This document shows positions 11,611 to 26,780 of a stretch of DNA of 64,000 bases, one piece after another (the first letter of the stretch is position 1; each line of letters begins with the position of its first letter). The DNA is taken from the NCBI GenBank assembly GCA_002269645.1, contig NIVC01000538.1, positions 186,001-250,000 of the forward strand, in the 5' to 3' direction. This DNA comes from Macrostomum lignano. Its lineage: Eukaryota. The position numbers and the translations under genes are program-made. The notes beneath the pieces are model-generated. The model had not been told where the DNA came from and searched no databases. It saw nothing but the letters and a program-made list of their open reading frames with translations.

Positions 11611-14600
11611 TCATCTTTCGGCGGCGTTGGCGGCGTCCCCGTAGGTGACCCGGAACAGCACCGTCTCCTCGTTGCGCCCGGCGTCGTCGTAGATGAAGAA
11701 GAAGATGCTGGCCCGCCCCGGCGAAGTCTGCGGCACGAAGTGCAGCCGGATGGTGTCCTGGCCGTGGCCCGGCAGCGACATCTCGGTTGGCGAGAACTGC
11801 AACAGGTCCGGCCGGTTGCAGCTCACGATGAAACGCTTAGCAATTGAGTACTCGTTGGTGTAGTTGAACTTCCGGTTGCAGTGCCGGCCGCCGCCGAGCG
11901 GCAGGGCGACGTCCAGAGTGCGGATGAGTTCGGGCAGCTCACAGGACACGTTGAACAGCCAGCACTTCAGCAGCTGGTGCAGATCGGCGTCCACCAGGGA
12001 GACTCGGTAGGAAGCCCGACCGACCGACCGCGGTTGAACGGCCACCGTGACCTCGCGAGACGTCGCCGCGGGCAGGGCGAACGGCTCGGACGGTTCGACG
12101 CTGATTTCGCCCGGATGCGACGGGTAGCAGCAGATCCGGCGGGTGTTGGCGAAGCCGCGAATGAGCAGCGCGCGCTGGGCTGGCTGGCCCAGACTGCAGG
12201 TGATGTCCACCTGTTCGATGGGGTTGGAAATTGCTGTTTTAGTGCGATAGACATTCTGCTTACCTGGCTGACCGTCCGAGGGTTGAGAGAGTACGTACGT
12301 AAATGATCACAAGGGACAGTCGGTGCATCAAAGAATCACAAGGGACAGTCGGTGCATCAAAGAATCACAAGGGACAGTCGGTGCATCAAAGAATCACAAG
12401 GGACAGTCGGTGCATCAAAGGATCACAAGGGACAGTCGGTGCATCAAAGAATCAGCTGATCACAAAATCCGGCACCTCACCTGTTGCAGCGATTGCACCA
12501 GCAGCTGAGTGACCACTCGGGGTGCAATCTGGAACGGGTCGGTGTACACAGCTAGCAGCAGCCGCTGCATCCGCGGCGACTCGCCGCAGGACAGCTTGAC
12601 AAACAGGTCCACCGGGTCGCCGGACTGCTTCGGCTGCTGTACGTGGCAGACGGCGTTGGGATCCGAGCACAGGTAAGTCACCTGGTTGCCATCGCCGGCG
12701 ACGGCGGGCAGCGGCGGCATGCGGATGCTCCGTTTGAAGAAGGTGCTCTCGGATTGGTAGAAGCGCAGCGTCTGGTCCACCGCGGCCGGGTGGCGGTGCA
12801 CGCTGACGTGCAGCACGGAGAGCAGCACGCCAGATTTGCTGCGAACGTAGGCCTGAAATGGTTCGGTGGGAGTCCGTGAACAGCGGGCATCGTAGGGTTG
12901 GTACTGACCGTCTCTCATTGTCAGGAATGTACTCTTTGCTTAATAATGTGCCTTGAGAATTGATTCTGATGCTATTGATAATGACGTCACTGTCAGCACT
13001 GCCATTGGCTCTGCTGATAATGGCGTCTTCTGCTCTTGTTTACAGCATAAAATAGTATGGAAACTTATGATTGAAGTTAATTTAAACTTTATAAATGCGC
13101 TAAACTTTCTACTGCTGCCAGCATCCTGAGCTAACCTTGACCCGCCGCTCGTCCGAAGTGTCGGGGCCGCCCTCGCCTAGCCGGAAGGCGGGCAGGCCGC
13201 CGGGCTGCCTGGGCTGAGATGACTCGGCCGCGGTGGCGGCTCCGGCGGCGGCGTAGGCGCCGGTCTCGAAGTAGCGGAACGGGATGAGCACCCGCTCCCT
13301 GGGCCGGGCCGTCAGGCGCGCGGCCTGGGCGGTGTTCCCCGGTCCGCCTTCGGCATCGTCGCGGTGGAACAGGTCGCGCTCGGTGTTCGTGGCTACGCCA
13401 AAGTGTGCCTTCAGAGCGAGGGTAACAGCTGGATCGGTGAGGATCTGCAGCCGGCGTTCCGTGTCCTCGACTTCCACCGAGACGTCCTCCACGTTGTTGG
13501 ACGGATTGTCGAAGGCGAATTCGAAGAACTCGGTGCAGCCAAAGGTGGTGTGAATGTCGTGCTCAACCGAGATAGTGGACTCGAGCAGGTCCATGATGAC
13601 GCTGTCCTTGGCCCGCTCGCGAACAAAGTCGATGGTGTGCAGCTCGCGCAGGCTCTTCTCCCGGCTGGCCGCGTCAGCCCGTATGACCGCGGCTGCGTGC
13701 ACGTCCGGCTCCGCCACCTGCGAATTCGCCGCCTTCACGGCCTGGAGGCGGGCGAGCCGGCGGGCGCGGTCGGAGTCGTCACCGGCGCCGCCTGCGAGGA
13801 ATTGGGAGGGGCGGAGATGCGTTGCTATGGTTAGTGTGACAGGTTGTTAGTGTTGCTATGACGCATTTTTCTGATGCGTTTCTATGACGCGTTGCTAAGA
13901 CGCGTTGCTATGATGCGTTGCTATGACGCATTGCTATGACGCGATGCTATGACGCGTTGCTATGACGCATTGCTATGACGCGTTGCTATGACGCGTTGCT
14001 ATGACGCGTTGCTATGACGCGTTGCTATGACGCGTTGCTATGACGCGTTGCTATGACGTGTTGCTATGACGCGTTGCTATGACGCGTCGTTATATGATTA
14101 CCAAACGCAGTGAATTCTGTCCCTCACCATTAAGCGCAACCCGCAGGTCCTTCGGCAAGTCGGCCTGGTGCACCCGAACTACTTTGGCCCTTGCTAAAGA
14201 ACGGCGAGTCCCGTCAACTGGCGCCGAGCGCTGGCCACTTGACGGCTCGGCGAGGTGGAGACTGCGCGTGGACCCGGGGCCGGCACCGGCGCGATAGCCA
14301 ACGCAGGCGGCGCGCACGTGCAGCTGCGGCGCAGCGCGCATCTGCGGCTCCGCCGGCTGGTCCGGCTGCAGGATCGCCAGCACCTGAGGTGATGGGGAGA
14401 AAGGGAGGCTGAGACAAGCACGCCTACAATTGGTGTTCAGTTATCGCTTGTCAGATTTGCGCCACTGATGTTGATCTAATTGTCCAGTTCTCAGACCTGA
14501 ATGTTAACTTTATCCATAGGGCTCATCAAAACAGCAGAATTTCCCGCACCTGCCAGGTTTGCACAGCCTTTTTGCCCTGTCGCAGCAGCGGCCGCAGTCC

Positions 14601-17600
14601 CAGGCCGCAGGAGCCGATGTACAGCAGCGAGTCGCCGTCGAACACGTCAATGTGCAGCGAGTGGTCGCGCAGGTGAGCGGCCAGGCGGGCGCGCTCGCCG
14701 GGCAAGGCGGGCTCGGCGCTGAAGCGGACCTCGAAGCCAGGGGCGGTGGCCGCGGCGGCCGCTGCCCGCTCCAAGATGAAGGCGCGGCCGTCCTCCGTGA
14801 AGCTGGTGTCGGCCAGCGCCAGCCGCTCCGTGGTGAAGTGCGGGAACCGGTAGAACTGGAAGGCCAGGAAGACGGAGCGCGGCCGGTTGGCGGTGCCGGT
14901 GCCTGCCGAGTAGGCAAGGAACTGCAGCACCAGCTCGTTGCCAGACATCGGGTCCTCCTCCTCCAGCCGCAGGTCCGCCGGCGGTCGTTTGGCCTCGTCG
15001 ACAACTTCGGGCGGTTCGCCGTAGGCATCCAGGATCGGCGCGAAGCCGGCGCCGGCCAGCCGGGCGAAGTCGCCGCGGCCCAACGCGCAGACGGCGGTGC
15101 TCAGGTGGCGGCGCAGCGGCGCCAGCGAGGCGTCAGCGGCGGCTGAAGCGGAGCCGCCATTGACGGTGGCCACGAGCGGACCGGAGCGGCTGGACAGGTG
15201 GCCGGCCGAGGCGAAGGGGTCTGCGGAGGAGGGGAATACTGACGTTGTGCAACATGCACACAACTGGCTACTGACAGTAGGTCTACGACAATGCACTATC
15301 GGATACTAGAGACAAGCCAGCAATCAGGTGACAGACTGCCAGCAGTCAGGTGACGGACTGCCAGCAGCCAGGTGACGGACTGCCAGCAGTCAGGTGACAG
15401 ACTGCCAGCAGTCAGGTGACGGACTGCCAGCAGCCAGGTGACGGACTGCCAGCAGCCAGGTGACGGACTGCCAGCAGTCAGGTGACGGACTGCCAGCAGT
15501 CAGGTGACAGACTGCCAGCAGTCAGGTGACGGACTGCCAGCAATCAGGTGACAGACTGCCAGCAATCAAGGTGACAGACTGCCAGCAGTCAGGTGACGGA
15601 CTGCCAGCAATCAGGTGACAGACTGCCAGCCATCAGGTGACAGACTGCCAGCCATCAGGTGACAGACTGCCAGCAGTCAGGTGACGGACTGCCAGCCATC
15701 AGGTGACAGACTGCCAGCCATCAGGTGACAGACTGCCAGCAGTCAGGTGACAGACTGCCAGCCATCAGGTGACAGACTGCCAGCCATCAGGTGACAGAAT
15801 GCCAGCCATCAGGTGACAGACTGCCAGCCATCAGGTGACAGACTGCCAGCAGTCAGGTGACAGACTGCCAACAATCAGGTGACGGACTGCCAGCAGTCAG
15901 GTGACAGACTGCCAGCAATCAGGTGACGGACTGCCAGCAGTCAGGTGACAGACTGCCAGCAATCAGGTGACAGACTGCCAGCCATCAAGTGACAGACTGC
16001 CAGCCATCAGGAGGCATGGATCGCCAGTGATATTAAAAGGCGGTCAGCACAAACAACTGATTCCCCGCTGCCAGACTCACCCTGCTCAACGCCAACTCCA
16101 TAGCCCTGTCGCATGAGCACCTGGGATAGCAGGAACACAGGGTTGCTCATCAGCGCCTGCTGCTGCTGCTGCTGCAGAGTCAGCGTGGAACCCGGCGGCG
16201 GCTCCGCGTCCTCGCCAGGCGCCAGTCCGGCCGACGCCAGCGACATGCGCGCCGACGGGATCAGATTGGACTCGTCAAAGATCTGCTGCGGCTGCTGTCG
16301 CTGCTGCTGCTCAAAGTAGTGATGCTGGTGGCTCTGCAGTGTTGGCGGTTGCTGAGTGCTCATCGGTGAGGCGGCAGCAGCCGCAGCCGCCGAAGCAGCG
16401 GACGCCGCCGAGGCCACGAGGGTCGCCTTCAGCGTCACCTGATGCTGCGGCACGCCCTGCGCAGAGCCCAGCCTGGCGTTCTGCTTGAACAGCAGCCGCT
16501 TGTCCGGGAACCGGGAGTCCGGCCCGCCGCCCAGCTGAAGGGCCACCCGAGCTGGCGGCTGCTGCTGCTGTTGCTGGTCTTCGGGCAGCGAGTAAGCACC
16601 GTAGCGAACTGACAGAGTCTGCTGGGCCTTCGGCGCCCCGGACTGAGCGGCCGGCTCCGACATGACGTACTCCAGCACCAGCACCACGGCAATGCCGGGC
16701 CCGGGCGGCAGCTCCACCTGGGAGGGGGCGGATAGCGGCGGTGAATGGCGGATGAGCAGGGCGGATGGAGCGGATGAGCAGGGCGGATGGAGCGGATGAG
16801 CAGTGCGGATGGAGCGAGTGAGCAGTGCGGATGGAGCGGATGAGCAGGGCGGATGGAGCGAGTGAGCAGGGCGGATGGAGCGGATGAGCAGGGCGGATGG
16901 AGCGGATGAGCAGGGCGGATGGAGCAGATGAGCAGGGCGGATGGAGCGGATGAGCAGGGCGGATGGAGCGAGTGAGCAGGGCTGGACACAGGGCGGATGA
17001 GCAGGGCAATGGAGCGAGTGAGCAGGGCGGATGGAGCGGGTGAGCAGGGCTGGACACAGGGCGGATGCATGTAGCGGATGAGCGATGCCGCACCTGCACG
17101 GGGTTCTTGGCCACCAGGACACCGCGCTCCAGCAGGGTGCTCATCTTGCCGGCTGACAGCGAGCGTCGATGAGTCGTGGGCGTCGGGGCCGCAGCAGCCG
17201 CCGAGTCCGAGCCCTCCTGCGCGGGCACCAGGCCGATGCTGACCTCGTGGTCCAAATACTCCCAGCCGTTGTGGACGCCGACCTTCAGGCGACGCTCGGA
17301 GATCTCCAGTGGCCGGCAGGAGGGATCCAGGACTCGCCGATCGTCGGTGAGAAGCCGCTTGAGCTCCTCCTCAAATGACAGCAGCGAGGGCGATACTGTG
17401 ATGACCAGGTTTTCGAAGGTGTACTTCTGGCGCGGAGCCAGCTGCGGCTTGCGCAAGGGCTCTGTTGATGGGGTAAGGTAGCAGAGGTGCACTGGGATTG
17501 AGCCAATTTGCAAAGATTCTTCAATAAACAGTACAGGGTATTATCTGAGATGTAATAATTAAACCATGGTCAACGAAACGGGACTCACCAGCCCCGGGCA

Positions 17601-19750
17601 CGAGTCCAGGTACGGGTTCGCGTCCGCCAACGATGGCGTTCTCCGGGAACGCGTCGGTGCAGGCCTCCAGAGAGGGGTGCCGGAACAGCTGGTAGCTCAC
17701 GGAGCCAACAATGCGGCACTGGCCCAGACCTGAGGATCGGATGAGCTGCGATTGCACCGCCCCTACGACGCCAACCCGCCCCCGACACCAATCCGCCCCC
17801 CCCCGACACCAATCCGCCCCCCGACACCAATCCTCCACCCTTCGACGCCAACCCGCCCCCCCCGACACCAATCTGCCCCTCCGACACCAATCCGCCCCTC
17901 CAACACCAATCCGCCACCCTCCGACGCCAACCCGCCCCCGACACCAATCCGCCCCCCGACACCAATCCACCCCCCGACACCAATCCTCCACCCTTCGACG
18001 CCAACCCGCCCCCCCGACACCAATCCGCCCCCCCGACACCAATCCGCCACCCTTCGACGCCAACCCGCCCCCCGACACCAACCCGCGCCCCCGACAACCC
18101 GCCCCCCCGACACCAATCCGCCCCCCGACACCAATCCGCCCCCCGACACCAATCCGCTCCCCCGACACCCAATCCACCCCCCCCGACACCAATCCGCCCC
18201 CCGACACCAATCCGCCACCCTTCGACGCCAACCCGCCCCACCGACACCAATCCGCCCCACCGACACCAATCCGCCCCTCCGACACCAATCCGCCCCCCGA
18301 CACCAATCCGCCCCCCCGACACCAATCCGCCCCCGACACCAATCCGCCCCCCGACACCAATCCACCCCCCCCGACACCAATCCGCCACCCTTCGACGCCA
18401 ACCCGCCTCCCGACACCAATCCGCCCCCCCGACACCAATCCGCCCCCCCGACACCAATCCACCCCCCCGACACCAATCCGCCACCCTTCGACGCCAACCC
18501 GCCCCCCCCCGACACCAATCCGCCCCCCCCGACGCTAATCCGTCCCTCCCCCGACACCAAGCTGCTCCTACCCCGACGCCAATCCGCCCCTCCGACACCA
18601 ATCCGCCCCTCCGACACCAATCCGCCCCTCCGACACCAATCCGCCCCTTACCGTCCTCCTTCATGCTAACGAAGCTACGACAGGAGCCTGCATACAGGCC
18701 GGCCTCCGTGGGCGTCGCCGCCTGCTGCTGCCCCTTCTTCCTGAAGTCCGGGAGCTGCCTGTACAGAGCCGCCGAAAACACTTTCAGCTGGCACCAGCCG
18801 CAGGAGAATCGACTTCCGGGTGCCATGTGTCCTACAACCTCCAGCAGCAGGCAGCCTGACTCATTGTTGGCCACCAGAGGCGACATGAAATACACGCTCT
18901 CGGGATATGCCAGTTTCAACTGGCTGCCATCCAGTGTGCCGTCCAGGGTCGGACCAGACCAGGCCCGGCCGAAGAATCTCTGGTTGTAGCTATCGTACAT
19001 GAACAGGTTTGCCTGGCATTTCAACTGCCTCGCGCCCGCAATCTGAGCAGCATTAAAATAAAAGAACAATTTAGAAAAGGATGCTATACTAACAAAAAAC
19101 TTGACTTAATAATGTTTCTAAACAATAAATTGTACATTCTTCCTGAAAAATGTCATTATATCCAGTATTATAAAATTCTCATACTTTTTTCTGTAAATTT
19201 TTTTAAGTTCAATTTTAATGCTCATGGGTTTTGCTTATTATGTGGTGTGGTGAATATTAGAAAAAACTACTGGTGCATCATAGATGGATAATGCTTGTTC
19301 TTATGATATTTCTGATAGTTTCCGGCGAACATATATTTTGTTTTTTGGCACGATTTCGACAAAAGACTGCTTTTGTGTTAGTCTCATTTGTCTTTTATGC
19401 ATTATTTTGTATTTTGTCGAATTATTTTATTATTATTTGTATTTATTTACTAATAGCATTTACTAAAAAGTAAAAATGATAGAAAATAGAATTTGTGGTC
19501 TTAAAGGAAGACTTAAAAAATTTTGCATAGAAATGTCAGTAAAAATCAATTTAAAACATTTTCGTAAACTAAAATCAGACACACTCTCTTTGTATTCACT
19601 CACCTTAGCCTTTAATGCATCATTTAAAGTTACTTTAATGTTTTGAAATCGAATAGCGTAACCTCGGAGATTCTGATTATCTTGCGCAATATTTTGTTCA
19701 CTTGGGGGGACATTATAGTTCAGTTTTACTATATCTTCCCACTTTGTCAT
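11611..19750 (-). CDS. NPHP4: Nephrocystin-4 (ciliary transition-zone protein), 10 exons, ~1412 aa
   Basis: Exons 19750-19604, 19042-18652, 17729-17589, 17461-17094, 16717-16081, 15220-14550, 14383-14128, 13791-13136, 12852-12481 and 12210-11611. All introns are GT-AG with consistent phases; total 4239 nt. NPHP4 motifs: W..I...N..VPP, FFGRAW, ERRLKVGVHNG, VLEYV, QFLAY..SVFLAFQFYRFP, IDVFDGDSLLYIG, EFFEF..NP, VDQTLRFY, CSDPN and the C-terminal EETVLFRVTY. Confidence 0.95.
12304..12452. repeat. 29-bp tandem repeat (ATCACAAGGGACAGTCGGTGCATCAAAGA) x5 in NPHP4 intron 9
   Basis: Five near-identical copies. Confidence 0.95.
13820..14087. repeat. 13-bp minisatellite (GTTGCTATGACGC)n in NPHP4 intron 7
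   Basis: About 20 copies, roughly a dozen with exact GTTGCTATG. Confidence 0.95.
15312..16010. repeat. 22-bp minisatellite (CCAGCAGTCAGGTGACAGACTG)n in NPHP4 intron 5
   Basis: About 31 copies filling most of the intron. Confidence 0.96.
16740..17070. repeat. 22-bp minisatellite (GATGAGCAGGGCGGATGGAGCG)n in NPHP4 intron 4
   Basis: Tandem copies span nearly the whole 376-bp intron. Confidence 0.94.
17765..18648. repeat. ~19-20-bp C-rich minisatellite (CCGACACCAATCCGCCCCC)n in NPHP4 intron 2
   Basis: The array runs from 3 nt after the donor to near the acceptor and is G-rich on the sense strand. Confidence 0.95.
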
Positions 19751-19812
19751 TTTGATGCCGTTTTTGGCGCTTCTCAACTGTGATTTTCGCGCCAAGTAGC
19801 ATCGCCAAAAAT

Positions 19813-19825
19813 GCTATCCCGTAAC
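19813..19825. promoter_or_regulatory. Candidate imperfect X-box (RFX site) upstream of NPHP4
   Basis: GCTATCCCGTAAC lies 63-75 bp upstream of the ATG and has one mismatch to RYYNYY-N-RRNAAC. Ciliary transition-zone genes are typical RFX targets. Confidence 0.33.
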
Positions 19826-20534
19826 AAATTTAAATTCTTGGATTCCAGTATAAATATTGACTTAATAAAACAAAAAATATCTTTGTGAAATTTTAGCGCA
19901 TGATTCTTTAAAAAGGCGCTAATCTTATTAGTAGCATTTATATTCTACGTTTTAATTTTAATTCTAGTATTTAAAATTTAGACGTAACTTAGACTTTTCG
20001 TAAAGAATAGTTAAGCACCAAAATTAACTTTCAGGATCACCTAAAATCTGATTATACCTAAATAATATTAGTAGGTAGCCACCTGAAATATTAGCTAAAT
20101 GCATTATTCGGGTATTTATGGTCGAAAGCAGCTCAATTAAGTTTTTCTAATATAAGGCTTGATTTAGAATTGCAGATTTATGTGCAAATTTTACTTCTAC
20201 ATGTATTTATTTAAATGAAAGAGACTTTTTGCGCAAGATGGTGCAGTCAGGTTTTCTGAAAGAATTTTGAATTTCAATAGGGAATCAGACACTATATGTT
20301 CACCCTTAGCTGCGCCAACGGTTGAGAGATCTAAAGTTACATGTAAAGATATTTACATGCAGATCGGAAGTTGAGGTTGCGCATTTTTCTGAAAACATCC
20401 TCTTTATGGTGTACCATTTTGATCTTTGAGCGCATTATTAGTAGTATATAAACTGTACTTGCTAATAATGTATTGTATATTTTTTATATTTGAATTTGTG
20501 CAGTTTACTCGTACTTGGATTGTACAGTAGCATG

Positions 20535-23884
<3,350 letters not shown>

Positions 23885-24135
23885 TGGATGTACAGTACAT
23901 GTAAATGTATGTGCAACATTTGCATAGACGAAAACATAACTCTGCACATACATGTAAGTGCATGCAGTAAAATTTGGTGTTATATTTACATTTTGTAGTC
24001 CTTTTAGCCATAGAATATTTTCGCGTGGAATGTCAAAAGTAATTCGCACAGCAACAATAAATGCAATATTAATTTTTTTTCAATAGCTTTCTTATATTTT
24101 TTGCGGAAAATTTGAACTAAAACAAAGAAAAAAAC

Positions 24136-25210
24136 ATGTCAACGCATCTTGTCTTCCTGTTTTTTGCCACTTGTCTCTTCACGCTGAATTCGCTTGGCAA
24201 CTGTTGCAAGAAAAGTGAGTCTTTTATTCTTGAAGGCTTTATACTCGTATTTCGCTATTAAAAGCGGTCGTGTACTTTCCGGTTGCGGCAATCTTTCGTT
24301 CGGAATCGAAGTACATGTAGTATAGTATAGGTGTACTGGTACATATGTTATAATTTTTAATTACATGTAATTAACAAATTCATTATCGAGAGCTACAATG
24401 CACCCATACAAATATATTGAAATTATTTGGCAGTATTTCTAGAAACGCTATTCAGTATTCGTTTGATAGCAGACAAGAAATTGATATGCATCTTGCATTG
24501 TTAAAACTTTTAAGGTGCTCCTTCTGAAAAATAGTAGGCGATGACTTAGAGCAAGCTCAGCGATTTAACGAAAGAACCCTCGAGTCGACTCCATGTGGAT
24601 AATTGTCCCGGAGTTGTCCTGCGATCCGCACCCATGAGGGACAACCCCGAAGGCGCAGAGAGTGTACATGCCTGAGGATTAGACAGTCAGGGCTGCTGTA
24701 CAGCGCGCTTGTACGTGTTTAGGGAGCCAGCGGAATAATGAGCAGAATTGCTCTATCGCTGGTTGTGTGACCTTGTCGCCGAAGGCGTTGCGCTAGGGCG
24801 CCCGCAGCCCTCCCCCTCCCCAATTATCACTATTATATTATTAAGGAGTCTCGCACTAAATCCATGCGCGGTCTTTTACAACCGAACCGGCAGGCGACGA
24901 AGACAGAGAAAAGAACTACAAGTTCACCTACAAAGGCTGCTACATCGACCGAGAGGACGATCGCGACTTGGAAAAATTCCTCGGCGCGTCGCGCATGATG
25001 AGCCGGCGCGAGTGCACGGAGCGGTGCAAGCCGGAGAAGACGGCCTACATCGGCCTGCAGGCGGGGGACAGCTGCTACTGCGGCAACAACTACGGCAAGC
25101 ACGGCAAGGCCGACGATTCCTATTGCTTCACCACCTGCAAGGGCCACCCGGGAGAGTTCTGCGGCGGCAAGCCCTACAATTCCGTGTACACTCTGGGCAA
25201 GGAAGTTTAA
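24136..25210 (+). CDS. Small secreted single-WSC-domain protein, 2 exons, 131 aa
   Basis: Exon 24136-24214 encodes the signal-peptide-like MSTHLVFLFFATCLFTLNSLGNCCKK (phase-1 GTGAG donor). Exon 24894-25210 encodes YKGCYID...ECTERC...YIGLQAGDSCYCGN...C.TTCKGHPGEFCGG...SVY, which carries the 8-Cys WSC signature. Total 396 nt, in frame. Confidence 0.9.
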
Positions 25211-26094
25211 TTCAAAACGATAATTTAATTTTTTATGGACACGTCTTTTTTCATAACCATAGCGATAGGAAAGTTTTTAAACAGGAAAAATACACACTAC
25301 TGAGGGCTGTGCCAACCAGTATTTTTTTTTACAGTTAGAACTATATTTGCTTAGTATTTACAAAGTCGTAACCAGTTCTTAACTTTCTGACTTCACTCTT
25401 TAATAACCTGGTTAAATTAACTAGCACAGTTAGAATTATAAATTTGTTGTTTGAAACTTAATTAAAAAAAGCGTTATACTATAAATTTAGAAGGATATGT
25501 CAAGGTGAACCCAAATTGATAACAATGTAAAGTGATTACATTGTAAGCTAGGACGGCAGGCATAAAGTCCTATATGGATTGCTTCTGGGCAGTATTGCAA
25601 GATTGCGTACTCGAATTTAACCTGAACCTCACGTCGATGCTAGACAGACAGGCAGGCAGAAAGGCAGGCTTGCGACTCGAACGCTGTAGTCTAGGCTAGG
25701 GTCTCCGTATTTGACTCAACAAGATCTCGCTGTACATGCAGCTCTCGACTTCCCAAATTGGGATGCATGTGTGAATTGAAATTGATATAGAGGTTTCTAG
25801 GCTGGACTCTACTACAGATGCTTTGCAAGTGGATTCTTATCAGCGTCGACCTAAACTGACATGACACTAAGCTTTCAAACTAGGCTTATAGAGTTCGTTC
25901 TAAGTATTTATTTATTTTGTATATAGAATGATTAGAGATTTAGTATAGGTAGATTGGGATCGGTAACAGTATAGATCTTTGTAGTTCCTGATTTCCGCAA
26001 GAAAACTTTGGCTGGCAAACCTCGGCAACTCGGCAAGCAAAATTTCTGCAAGCAAAATTCGGCAAGCAAAGCTCGGCAAGCAAATTTGACTCCG

Positions 26095-26235
26095 CGTCCT
26101 TGAGCAAGATACTTAACTCTGCATTGCTTCAGTTCACCCAGCTGTAAAATGGGTGCCAGCATTAGCTGAGGGTAAGTGAGGCTGCGTGTGGCGACCCTCC
26201 AGTCCTTGGACTGAACAGCCGTACGCAGCCTTCAG
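26095..26235 (+). mobile_element. CORE-domain SINE fragment
   Basis: GTCCTTGAGCAAGATACTTAACTCT...CTTCAGTTCACCCAGCTGTAAAATGGG resembles the MIR/CORE consensus (CCTTGGGCAAGTTACTTAACC...CTCAGTTTCCTCATCTGTAAAATGGG). No tRNA head was seen. Confidence 0.65.
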
Positions 26236-26512
26236 ATGCGCCGCGCAATAGCTGCGGCTGAGCTGTCGGTTGCACATCTGGGCCAATTGGCTATTATTTT
26301 ATTTAATCATATAGGATGAATATTGTATGCATGAGTTTCGAGCCAATCACGAGATGATGATCGGAAGGGAGCAGCTTGATTATTGGCTAATTTATAATAC
26401 CAACAGCCCTAATAAAAATCGTATTCAACTCCTGCCCCGTAAGTGCTGCTGAAAGCAAAGCCAAATAATTTTCTGCCAGAAGTTGGATTTATTTGCTTGT
26501 CCAGAGTCGCGG

Positions 26513-26529
26513 CGTTGCTATTAGCAACG
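26513..26529. promoter_or_regulatory. Palindromic X-box (RFX) candidate upstream of the TRPV-like gene
   Basis: CGTTGCTATTAGCAACG = GTTGCT-N3-AGCAAC, about 250 bp upstream of the ATG. Confidence 0.55.
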
Positions 26530-26780
26530 TGCATGCTATATGCAGTGTTTGACAGTGCATTGCGACTGCACTGTACAGCTCAGCTATCCAAAGCATATCT
26601 CTCTAATTAAATTTACCTTTGCCTCCGGACGCAGAAAAGTTTGAGCAAGGTTCGGGGATAAAAGTCGCCTGAGCAAATAAAATGCAGTCCTGTCTGTCCT
26701 ACCCATTTATTAACACTGGACCTGGCGGTTCAGGTGACTAGCAGTGATTCCCAAGCTGGACACAATCGGAAAAGTGCAGA

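Noticed and set aside
17521-18669. Gly- or Pro-rich ORFs resembling extensin or collagen
   Set aside because: They lie within NPHP4 intron 2, which is defined by in-phase splice sites.
19463-19795. Separate 110-aa gene
   Set aside because: It is NPHP4 exon 1 read through its GTGAGT donor.
24540-24830. GC-rich structured insert in the WSC intron (GTTGTCC/GGACAAC stem) as an ncRNA
   Set aside because: Only a short stem; no snoRNA, tRNA or ribozyme motif recognised.
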